Source: Methanobacteriota archaeon (GTDB lineage Archaea; Thermoplasmatota; Thermoplasmata; Methanomassiliicoccales; UBA472). From it: DNA of 64,000 bases. Below, one piece after another: positions 9,873-17,474 of this stretch. Where the stretch lies: NCBI GenBank assembly GCA_012729095.1, contig JAAYDU010000052.1:560-64559 (forward strand), written 5' to 3'. Made by a program: the position numbers and the translations under genes. Each line of letters starts with the position of its first letter. The first letter of the stretch is position 1. The notes beneath the pieces are model-generated. The model had not been told where the DNA came from and did no database searches. It saw only the letters and a program-made list of their open reading frames with translations.

Positions 9873-11168
9873 CTAGAATACCGTGACCTGTCCTTTTACA
9901 ACTTTCTCCGTTACCCTGCCAATGTTCTCCAGCCACTCGTCGGATATGGCGTAAGCCTCCTTCTGCCACTTGGCGAGGTCCGCACCAGGGGCCATGAACA
10001 GCTGCACGCTGCAGGTCTCCGGATCGCTGATCGGGCGTCCTATCTGGGAGAGGATGCGCACGTTTGCCTCTATGATGTTGCCGTTGCTCTTCTTGACGAT
10101 ATCGTTGGCTATCCAGTTGGCCAGTATGTTGTACATCTTGCCCACGTGGGTGATGGGGTTCTTTCCAGCAGATGCCTCCATGGACATGGGGCGGAACGGG
10201 GTGATGAGACCGTTCATGCGGTTGCCCCTGCCTACGGAACCGTCGTCGCCGTTCTCCGCGCTGAGCCCGGTCACGGTCAGATAGAAGTTGCCGGTGGCGG
10301 GGTTGTCAGCGTGGTTGATGGCCAGGGAGAGGTCGTAATCCGTGTACTTCGTGGCGTTGTCCAGTACCCTCTCGTGCATCTCCTCCACGACGCTGGTGTA
10401 ATGGTCTGCGTCAGGGATATAGCGGTCGACCATGGCACAGGCAATGGTCATATTGATCTTCTTGCCGTTACGGGAGCACATGACCTTCACGTCCTCACCG
10501 GTCTCCTTCAGCTTCTTCTTCATGGCCCCGTTCACGTACCTCTCCGTCTCCAGGCACACCAGCTCGGTGTCGGAGTAAGGGGCGTAAGAACAGCCGAAGG
10601 AGGTGTCATTGGCCAGCAGGCAGTGGTTGCCGTTGCCGTCCATCTTGCACTGGTCCTTCAGGGCCTCGAAGTTCTTGATAAGGTCGAAGGAACCCTTTCC
10701 GATGCGGCAGTCCACGGTGACCTGCCTGTTGACGTCCAGGTTGGGGAAGCGCTTCAAGTATTCCTTGGTGGCGTTCATGGCCACGGTGCTATAGGGAAGC
10801 CTCTCTCCGTTCACTTGAACTATGGCCCGTCCCGAGAGCATGATGTGTATCGGTTCCAGGACCTCCCCGCCGCCGAACTTAGGGGTGCTCTGCCCGCCCA
10901 CGACCTCATTCTGGTCGGTGTTGTGATGAAGTATCTCGCCGAAGCGGTCCAGGTACATCTTGCACAAGGCCAGGGAAACGGCCTCCGCGATACCGTCGGA
11001 GATGCTGTCGGGATGTCCGATGCCCTTCCTCTCCACCAGCTCCACCTTCTGCTGGGAGAGCGGGGTGGTCGTTATGCTCTCTACCAGTATGTTCTTGGAC
11101 GCTTTCTTGGAAGAAACCTTGCGGCCCGCCGGCTTGGCGGCCTTAGCCTTAGCGCTTACCTTAGCCAT
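9873..11168 (-). CDS. metK: Archaeal-type S-adenosylmethionine synthetase
   Basis: ERKGIGHPDSISDGIAEAV and the overall archaeal MAT layout. Carries a ~26-aa Lys/Ala-rich N-terminal extension. Confidence 0.9.
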   Translation of the reverse strand: MAKVSAKAKAAKPAGRKVSSKKASKNILVESITTTPLSQQKVELVERKGIGHPDSISDGIAEAVSLALCKMYLDRFGEILHHNTDQNEVVGGQSTPKFGGGEVLEPIHIMLSGRAIVQVNGERLPYSTVAMNATKEYLKRFPNLDVNRQVTVDCRIGKGSFDLIKNFEALKDQCKMDGNGNHCLLANDTSFGCSYAPYSDTELVCLETERYVNGAMKKKLKETGEDVKVMCSRNGKKINMTIACAMVDRYIPDADHYTSVVEEMHERVLDNATKYTDYDLSLAINHADNPATGNFYLTVTGLSAENGDDGSVGRGNRMNGLITPFRPMSMEASAGKNPITHVGKMYNILANWIANDIVKKSNGNIIEANVRILSQIGRPISDPETCSVQLFMAPGADLAKWQKEAYAISDEWLENIGRVTEKVVKGQVTVF

Positions 11169-11261
11169 GTGATATTCACCTTGTTGTGGGCAGTAGCCCC
11201 AAGGGCTACCCGAATAGTACCCTGGAGAATCCTGGCTTGATATAAGGATGATTGACTATAA

Positions 11262-11277
11262 TATTCATATATGAATA
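11262..11277. promoter_or_regulatory. Perfect 16-bp palindrome TATTCATATATGAATA in the metK / HTH-CBS divergent promoter (candidate operator overlapping TATA-like sequence)
   Basis: Read directly: the sequence equals its own reverse complement. It lies about 10 nt upstream of the regulator start and about 95 nt upstream of the metK ATG. Confidence 0.45.
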
Positions 11278-11287
11278 ATCATATATC

Positions 11288-11857
11288 TTGCTCGTGAAGT
11301 TCCCTCCTGAGAGCGACATAAAACGGTTGCGGAAGTCCCTGGACATAACCCAGCAGGAACTGGCCAAGCTGAGCGGCGTCAGCCAATCGACCATAGCTAA
11401 GCTGGAAAGGGGGAACATCAAGGGAAGCTATGAGGCGGTCACCAGAATATTCTCCGCCCTGCACGAGGAATCACGGCGCAACACAAAGGCCAGCATGGCA
11501 GGGGACCTTGCCACCCGGCAGATCGTGAGCGTTCAATCCAACGAGCTGGTGAAGAACGCCACCGAACTGATGCGCTCCTCCGGTATCTCACAGATGCCAG
11601 TGTTCCTAGGGCGCCTGCACGTGGGAAGCATAAGTGAGAACCTTATACTCGCCCGGTTGAGGGACGGCGACAGCATGGAGACCATCGCGGAGCTCAAGGT
11701 GAGCGACCTGATGGAGGATGCCTTTCCCATTGTCAAAGAGGACACGCCGGTGGAGGCGGTCACCACCCTGCTGAGCAGTTCCCACGCGGTGATGGTCGCC
11801 CGCAACGGGGACATGACAGGCGTGATAACCTCCGCCGACCTCCTAAAGATGCTTTGA
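11288..11857 (+). CDS. HTH (XRE-type) + CBS-pair transcriptional regulator (COG2524-like)
   Basis: ITQQELAKLSGVSQSTIAKLERG HTH, then two CBS-like repeats. The track start is TTG 11288; GTG 11294 is also possible. Confidence 0.8.
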   Translation: MLVKFPPESDIKRLRKSLDITQQELAKLSGVSQSTIAKLERGNIKGSYEAVTRIFSALHEESRRNTKASMAGDLATRQIVSVQSNELVKNATELMRSSGISQMPVFLGRLHVGSISENLILARLRDGDSMETIAELKVSDLMEDAFPIVKEDTPVEAVTTLLSSSHAVMVARNGDMTGVITSADLLKML

Positions 11858-11875
11858 CCATTATTCTTAAAAGAA

Positions 11876-12790
11876 TTACCGTTCCAAGCGCAGAACGAAC
11901 GAATCCAGGTCGTTAGGGATCACCGTATCGGGGAATATTCTTCGAGCCTCGTCGAGAAGGGCGTCCACCTCATCGTAGCGCCCGCTTATGTGCACCAGGT
12001 AGAGCGAGCCCGCCCCTACCTCCTTGGCCAGCGTGGCCGCTTCACTGGCCGTGCTGTGACCGTATTGCCTGGCCTTGTCCCCCAGGTCGGAGGTGGCAGT
12101 GGCCTCGTGTATGAGCACGTCAACCCCGGCGCAAGCCCCTTTCAGTTCCTGGCAGGGAGCGGTGTCCCCGCTATAGACCAGTCTCAGCCCTTTGCGCGGC
12201 GGTCCCATCACCATCTCCGGGGTGATGGTGCACCCGTCGACCTTGATGCTCTTGCCCTCCACAAGGCGAGAGAAGTTCGGGCCCTCCTTCACCCCCAGGG
12301 CCTGGGCCCTGTCGGGATCGAACCGACCGGGGCGATCATCCTCTTGGAAGGCGTAACCCAGCGCCGGGATGGTATGGTTCGCCTGGAAGGCCTCCACGAC
12401 GTAATCTTCACCCCTGACCACGTCCCCCGGTGCGAGATCATGTCCTATTACCTCGTATCGGTGATCGAACACCCCCAGCCCGAGCAGCCCGTCCACCAGT
12501 TCAGCCGTGCCATCCGGCCCGTACACGTGAAGCGGAACGTCACGTCCATAGAAGTTCATGGACTGGATCAGGCCGGGCAGTCCCAGGAAATGATCGCCAT
12601 GATGATGGGTTATGAAGATGCTGGTTATCCTCATGAAAGATACCGAGGAGGCCATCAACTGCCTCTGCGTCCCCTCGCCGCAATCGAACATCAGCACCTC
12701 GGGACCCAATCGAAGCACTAGGGACACGGTGTTGCGCTTGGTGGTCGGAACGCTTCCGCCCGTGCCGAGGAAAGTTAGGTCCATGCTCAC
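11876..12790 (-). CDS. rnz: Ribonuclease Z (tRNA 3' endonuclease)
   Basis: LTFLGTGGSVP...FDCGEGTQRQL...ITHHHGDHFLGLPGL metallo-beta-lactamase signature. ATG at 12784 (MDLTFLG) is a likely alternative to GTG 12790. Confidence 0.9.
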   Translation of the reverse strand: MSMDLTFLGTGGSVPTTKRNTVSLVLRLGPEVLMFDCGEGTQRQLMASSVSFMRITSIFITHHHGDHFLGLPGLIQSMNFYGRDVPLHVYGPDGTAELVDGLLGLGVFDHRYEVIGHDLAPGDVVRGEDYVVEAFQANHTIPALGYAFQEDDRPGRFDPDRAQALGVKEGPNFSRLVEGKSIKVDGCTITPEMVMGPPRKGLRLVYSGDTAPCQELKGACAGVDVLIHEATATSDLGDKARQYGHSTASEAATLAKEVGAGSLYLVHISGRYDEVDALLDEARRIFPDTVIPNDLDSFVLRLER

Positions 12791-13897
12791 CTAAACCCCC
12801 TTGGCAGCTATAACGCCTTTCTCCTTCCTGTCCAAGAAACGATTTCCGGTGACGAAGATAATGAACCCTATTATGGCCAACCCCGTCGCGATGAACATTG
12901 AGCCATGGTATCCCAGTGCGAACACGGTGATGCCGCCCACCAAAGCGCCCATGATGGCCGATATGCTCAGGAACGATTGCAGGAGGCCGGAGGAGGTGCC
13001 CTTCTCCTCGTTCCTTTCCATAAGATACTTGATCGACCCGACGTACAGGCATGACCAGGCGACGGCAATGGAGACCTGCATGGGCACTATCTCCTCCGGC
13101 CTGGTGGCAAGGGTGTAGGACGGGAACGTGATTATGGAAAAGATGAAGCCGGCCATGACCAGATGATAGGTCTGGAAGCGGTCTATGAACCTCATGAAGA
13201 GGTATTGACTGACCGCGTTGATGCCGTAGACGAAACCGATGAACAGCGGGGTCGCGCCCAGATCGGCCAGGAAGAGCGGGTACACCACCCATATCATGTT
13301 CGCCCCGGTATGCCTGAACATTATGGACACGTACACGGGAAAATTATGACGGACCATCGCCAGTGGGAACAGCGGGACCTTGTGGAACCTCTCACCCACG
13401 AACACCAGGCGCGTGGAGATGAAGTAGGCCACGAACAGCATCAGTCCGCTTGCGAGGAATATCTCGTAGTAAATTGTAAGCATTCCGGCCACGAAGGTGC
13501 CGATACCGAAGCCAAGGCTCCCATAGGCTGTGAACTTGCCGATCTTGCCCTCCGTCTCGTAAACATAAGAGAGCAGGGCCGATGGGTATATGCCGGCGCA
13601 TAGCCCGATCAGGATGCGCACCACGGCCAAGGAGGTCTTGCTGTCCGCGAATACCAGGAGGAACAGCGCTATGGAGGTGAGGGAAAGCCCCGCCCTGAGG
13701 TACAGCTTGCGCCCGTGCACGTCGGACGCCCGTCCGAACACGTAGGACGAAAGGAAAAGGGCCAGGTTGAAGGAGGCCGTTATAAGCCCGATCTCCATGG
13801 TGTTGGCCCCGAGCTCGTCCCGCAGCATGTTCGGGATGAGCAGGGCCGCGCCGGAAAGACCGGCGCTGGAGAGCAACTGGATATAGCCTGCCTTCAT
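12791..13897 (-). CDS. MFS transporter
   Basis: 368-aa polytopic membrane protein with MFS-like loop GRASDVHGRK. Its stop abuts the rnz start. Confidence 0.8.
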   Translation of the reverse strand: MKAGYIQLLSSAGLSGAALLIPNMLRDELGANTMEIGLITASFNLALFLSSYVFGRASDVHGRKLYLRAGLSLTSIALFLLVFADSKTSLAVVRILIGLCAGIYPSALLSYVYETEGKIGKFTAYGSLGFGIGTFVAGMLTIYYEIFLASGLMLFVAYFISTRLVFVGERFHKVPLFPLAMVRHNFPVYVSIMFRHTGANMIWVVYPLFLADLGATPLFIGFVYGINAVSQYLFMRFIDRFQTYHLVMAGFIFSIITFPSYTLATRPEEIVPMQVSIAVAWSCLYVGSIKYLMERNEEKGTSSGLLQSFLSISAIMGALVGGITVFALGYHGSMFIATGLAIIGFIIFVTGNRFLDRKEKGVIAAKGV

Positions 13898-13937
13898 GAG
13901 CCAGGGGGAATTCTTTTGGGATATTATCCTTTGTGAT

Positions 13938-14153
13938 TCACCTACCGAGGTTCTCTATTTCCCGGGTCTTGCGCGAGGCCTTCTTGTAATCGCGGTAATG
14001 CTCCTTGCATAGATGCACCCGCTTCAGGCCCTCATCGACCTTCAGATCGGCATTGTTGGCAGCTTTCCCTGAGATCGAGCGCTCGGCCTCGGAACCGCAT
14101 CCTTTGATGTCGCAGGTCTTTTTGGCCTTGGTGGCATGACGAGCTTCCGCCAT
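13938..14153 (-). CDS. Small basic putative Zn-finger protein (C-x4-C ... C-x2-H)
   Basis: 71-aa ORF, CDIKGC ... CKEH, Lys/Arg-rich. No family recognised. Confidence 0.5.
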   Translation of the reverse strand: MAEARHATKAKKTCDIKGCGSEAERSISGKAANNADLKVDEGLKRVHLCKEHYRDYKKASRKTREIENLGR

Positions 14154-14236
14154 GGACCTGGAACCTCAATTACGGATATAATAGGATTGCCCCCGTCAGG
14201 GAATACCATTATTTCCTCAGCAATGAATAGCGAAGC

Positions 14237-14653
14237 ATGAGCGACAGACGGAAGGTCCTGGTCTGTATCGACGGTTCGGAGAACTCCCTGAGGGCTGTGG
14301 AGTTCGTCCGCGATCTGCTGGTCTCGAACGATGCCTACGTTACACTGTTGGTAGTGGTGACGCCCATGGATTGCGACTATTTCATGGAGAAGACCGCTCC
14401 AGCATGCGATGTGGACGCCATTTCCAAGGCCAAGTCCAGAGCTGCTGCGTCCCTGCTCAAGGAATCGGGTATCGGTTACTGCCTGAGTACCATGACCGGG
14501 AATGTGGCGGAGATGATACTCAAGGCCTCCTCCAAGCATGACATGGTGGTCATGGGAAGGAAGGGATCGGGCGTATCGCCCGAGATATCCATGGGAGCGA
14601 TATCGGGACAGGTCAGCCATCACATAAAAGTGCCATTGCTGCTGGTTCCTTGA
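14237..14653 (+). CDS. Universal stress protein (UspA family)
   Basis: KVLVCIDGSENSLRAV ... VVMGRKGSG ... GAISGQVSHHIKVPLLLV. Confidence 0.85.
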   Translation: MSDRRKVLVCIDGSENSLRAVEFVRDLLVSNDAYVTLLVVVTPMDCDYFMEKTAPACDVDAISKAKSRAAASLLKESGIGYCLSTMTGNVAEMILKASSKHDMVVMGRKGSGVSPEISMGAISGQVSHHIKVPLLLVP

Positions 14654-14726
14654 ACTGTCGGACGTACAATCCAAAGTATTTTTAGACAGCGGGGCATCTT
14701 CGGACCGTTCACCTGAGGTTAGCATA

Positions 14727-15374
14727 ATGGTCAAAGTAGCTCCATCCATACTATCCGCCGACTTCGCACGCTTGGGAGAGGAGGTTCGCCGTGTCGAGGC
14801 GGCGAAGGCGGACTGGGTCCACATTGACGTCATGGACGGGGTGTTCGTGCCCAACCTGACCATAGGCCCGGAGGTGATCAAGGCCCTTCGCCCTCATGCC
14901 AGCATACCTTTCGACGTGCATCTGATGATCGAGATGCCGGAAAGGTACGTGGAGCGCTTCGCCGAGTGCGGAGCGGACCTCCTGACCGTGCACGTGGAGG
15001 CCAGCCACGATGTCAAGGGGGTGCTCTCCCACATCCGGCGCCTGGGCATGAAGGCGGGGATATCCCTAAATCCGGGGACCGAGCTGGCCAAGGTGGAACC
15101 CTTTTTTGACGACATCGATCTCCTGCTGATCATGACCGTGCAGCCCGGCTTCGGGGGTCAATCGTTCCGAACCGAGGTGCTGCCCAAGATATCCCAGGCC
15201 CGGCGGACCAGGGACGAACGCGGGCTTGACTTCGAGGTGGTCATCGATGGAGGGGTGAACCGGGACACCGCAAGGCTATGCGTGGAGAATGGGGCCACGG
15301 TGCTGGCTGCCGGATCGGCGCTTTTCAAGGCCAAGGACATGGGGGCGGAGATCTCCCTTTGGCACGGGTTCTGA
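14727..15374 (+). CDS. rpe: Ribulose-phosphate 3-epimerase
   Basis: APSILSADFARLGEE, HIDVMDGVFVPNLT, MTVQPGFGGQSF, DGGV. Confidence 0.92.
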   Translation: MVKVAPSILSADFARLGEEVRRVEAAKADWVHIDVMDGVFVPNLTIGPEVIKALRPHASIPFDVHLMIEMPERYVERFAECGADLLTVHVEASHDVKGVLSHIRRLGMKAGISLNPGTELAKVEPFFDDIDLLLIMTVQPGFGGQSFRTEVLPKISQARRTRDERGLDFEVVIDGGVNRDTARLCVENGATVLAAGSALFKAKDMGAEISLWHGF

Positions 15375-15478
15375 TCGAGAGCTCCAATAGCAAGTATAAT
15401 AATGGTGAACCGAATTCTAGGGGGAACCTCGTCGTATTTAAGCGATAGGGTGTTACACATTGTGGGAATGGTCCGATC

Positions 15479-15889
15479 ATGGCACGAATAGGTTCCAAAA
15501 AATCACTGGTCGCCAAGCTAGGCATCAAGGAAGGTCAGAGGATACGTATAATCAACGCCCCTTCCAAGTACGACATGGCCCTGGGACGCCTCCCCAAGAA
15601 CGTTGTGGAAGCCGGTAGCGGGGACGATGATCTGGATTTCATACAACTGTTCACTTCATCCGAGGAGGAACTGCGCCGCGAGTTCCCCAAGCTCATGCGC
15701 ACCCTGAAGAGGGATGGGATATTCTGGATATCATATCCCCGGACATCCTCGAAGATAGATTCCGACCTTGTCGGGCTCACCGTGCGCGAGGTGGGCACCG
15801 GGCATGGCATGGCCGAGGTCAAGATATCCTCCTTGGACGAGGATTGGGCCGGCATCAAGTTCGTGAACAAAAAGAAGGAACTGGACTGA
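15479..15889 (+). CDS. DUF3052-like protein
   Basis: LVAKLGIKEGQRIRIINAP...FIQLF...DGIFWISYPR...DEDWAGIKF resembles the DUF3052 layout. Confidence 0.6.
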   Translation: MARIGSKKSLVAKLGIKEGQRIRIINAPSKYDMALGRLPKNVVEAGSGDDDLDFIQLFTSSEEELRREFPKLMRTLKRDGIFWISYPRTSSKIDSDLVGLTVREVGTGHGMAEVKISSLDEDWAGIKFVNKKKELD

Positions 15890-15932
15890 TCTCAGTAAAG
15901 TTCATATCGAATGGTCGGCAATCGGGAGTGCG

Positions 15933-16106
15933 ATGTACATGAAGATGTCTGGAAGGCAGATGGTCATTTTTCTCACCGTCATCGCCCCCCTCCTGTTCCT
16001 ATTGGCCGCCCTAGTGGTTGCTCCCAGCATATGGGTGATCATGCTAGCCATCATCTGGCTCGGAGTTGGGCTGACCATGCTGTACGTACCGAGGACGGAA
16101 GATTGA
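15933..16106 (+). CDS. Small two-TM membrane peptide (57 aa, hypothetical)
   Basis: Own translation: MYMKMSGRQMVIFLTVIAPLLFLLAALVVAPSIWVIMLAIIWLGVGLTMLYVPRTED. Below the 60-aa track cutoff. More protein-like than the overlapping 15911..16162 ORF. Confidence 0.4.
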   Translation: MYMKMSGRQMVIFLTVIAPLLFLLAALVVAPSIWVIMLAIIWLGVGLTMLYVPRTED

Positions 16107-16316
16107 TCAGATCATCCGTCCGAACGCGACCTTTCTCTCCACCCGGGTTATGCGCACCTTGACGGTCTCCCCCGGGGTAGCGTCCGGTACGATTATGACC
16201 AGACCCCCGATCTTTCCGATGCCGTCACTGCGTTCCCCTATATCAGTTATGGTCACCTCGTAGACCAGACCTTCCTCCACCGGCCTCTTTCCGAGCTCCC
16301 CGTGCTCGTCTCGCAT
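16107..16316 (-). CDS. Small TRAM-domain protein
   Basis: VEEGLVYEVTITDIGERSDGIGKIGGLVIIVPDATPGETVKVRITRVERKVAFG, typical of stand-alone archaeal TRAM proteins. Confidence 0.85.
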   Translation of the reverse strand: MRDEHGELGKRPVEEGLVYEVTITDIGERSDGIGKIGGLVIIVPDATPGETVKVRITRVERKVAFGRMI

Positions 16317-16380
16317 ATATGACCATTTGTGCCTTGGACAATAACTTTATGGACGGGACCGATAACACCCTCTGATAGAA

Positions 16381-17391
16381 ATGGGTGTGAACCTATCCGA
16401 TCTGGTTTTGGCCAAGGACCTGGAGAGCGCAGAGCTGATGGGGAGGACGGTGGCCGTCGATGCCTACAACGCGATATACCAGTTCCTTTCGGTGATCAGG
16501 CAGCCTGATGGCACGCCGCTCATGGACCCCCGGGGTCGCATCACCTCTCACCTCGAAGGCCTGCTGAACCGCAATGCCAACCTGGCAGAGATGGGGCTGA
16601 GGTCCGCTTACGTGTTCGATGGGATACCGCCGGAGAAGAAGGAGGCCACCATACTGGAACGCCGGGAGCGGAGGGAGACGGCCAAGCGGGAGTGGGAGGA
16701 GGCCAGGGCCCAGGGGGACGTTCGCAAGGCCTATTCGAAGGCCACCCAGTCCTCCCGCATCACCAACGAGATCGTCGAATCATCGCGCATATTGCTGACA
16801 CACCTGGGAATACCGGTCGTGCAGGCACCCGAGGAAGGAGAGGCGCAGGCAGCCCACATGTGCGCCAAGGGAGACGTTTGGGCCTCGGCATCCCAGGACT
16901 TCGATTCCCTTCTCTTCGGGGCCCCCAGGCTGGTGCGCAACCTGACCCTCTCTGGCAGGCGGAAGATGCCCGGGAGGAACGAGTATAGAGAGGTGCGCAT
17001 GCAGATCATAGACCGCGAGGAGACCCTCTCCTCGCTGGGACTGAGCGGGAACCAGCTTGTGGACATGTGCATCTTGGTGGGCACGGACTTCAACCCGGGG
17101 GTGATGGGGATAGGGCCAAAGAAAGCCTTGAAGCTGATAAAGCAGCACGGGACCCTGATCGGCGCCCTGCGCTCCCTGGGGATGGAAGAGGGGGACATGG
17201 AGAAGGTGCGGTCGATATTCCTAGATTACGAGCGCACCGACGATTACCGGCTGGTTTGGAGACCCCCCGACCGGCAGAAGGTGCTAGACATGCTGTGCGG
17301 GGAGTACGGTTTCTCGGAGAAAAGGGTCAATGGGGCCCTGGACAAGTTCCAATCGGGAAAGAAGGACCAGATGCGCTTGGACATGTTCTGA
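16381..17391 (+). CDS. fen: Flap endonuclease 1
   Basis: MGVNLSDLV...VAVDAYNAIYQFLSVIRQPDGTPL, and a C-terminal PIP box QMRLDMF. Confidence 0.93.
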   Translation: MGVNLSDLVLAKDLESAELMGRTVAVDAYNAIYQFLSVIRQPDGTPLMDPRGRITSHLEGLLNRNANLAEMGLRSAYVFDGIPPEKKEATILERRERRETAKREWEEARAQGDVRKAYSKATQSSRITNEIVESSRILLTHLGIPVVQAPEEGEAQAAHMCAKGDVWASASQDFDSLLFGAPRLVRNLTLSGRRKMPGRNEYREVRMQIIDREETLSSLGLSGNQLVDMCILVGTDFNPGVMGIGPKKALKLIKQHGTLIGALRSLGMEEGDMEKVRSIFLDYERTDDYRLVWRPPDRQKVLDMLCGEYGFSEKRVNGALDKFQSGKKDQMRLDMF

Positions 17392-17474
17392 GCCCTGCAC
17401 TGACGCTCACTAAACGTGGCCAGGACCAACGGGTTTAAAAGGATGATGGCCAATAGGGGCGTAAAGGGACGGCG

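Noticed and set aside
9813-11240. 475-aa plus-strand ORF antisense to metK. The same applies to other long shadow ORFs: 5856..7163, 7901..9175, 17244..18407, 33635..34768, 34853..36112, 36521..38605, 38621..40030, 42332..43366, 44419..45549, 48359..49495 and 62822..63745.
   Set aside because: All lie fully antisense to genes with clear family signatures. Their translations are Arg/Gly/His/Pro/Val-rich low-information sequences, typical of the non-coding strand in GC-rich DNA. They have no motifs.
15911-16162. 83-aa ORF spanning the gap between the DUF3052-like gene and the TRAM gene
   Set aside because: Its composition is His/Arg/Pro-rich and it runs into the TRAM gene on the opposite strand. 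The alternative-frame 57-aa two-TM ORF (15933..16106) is more protein-like.
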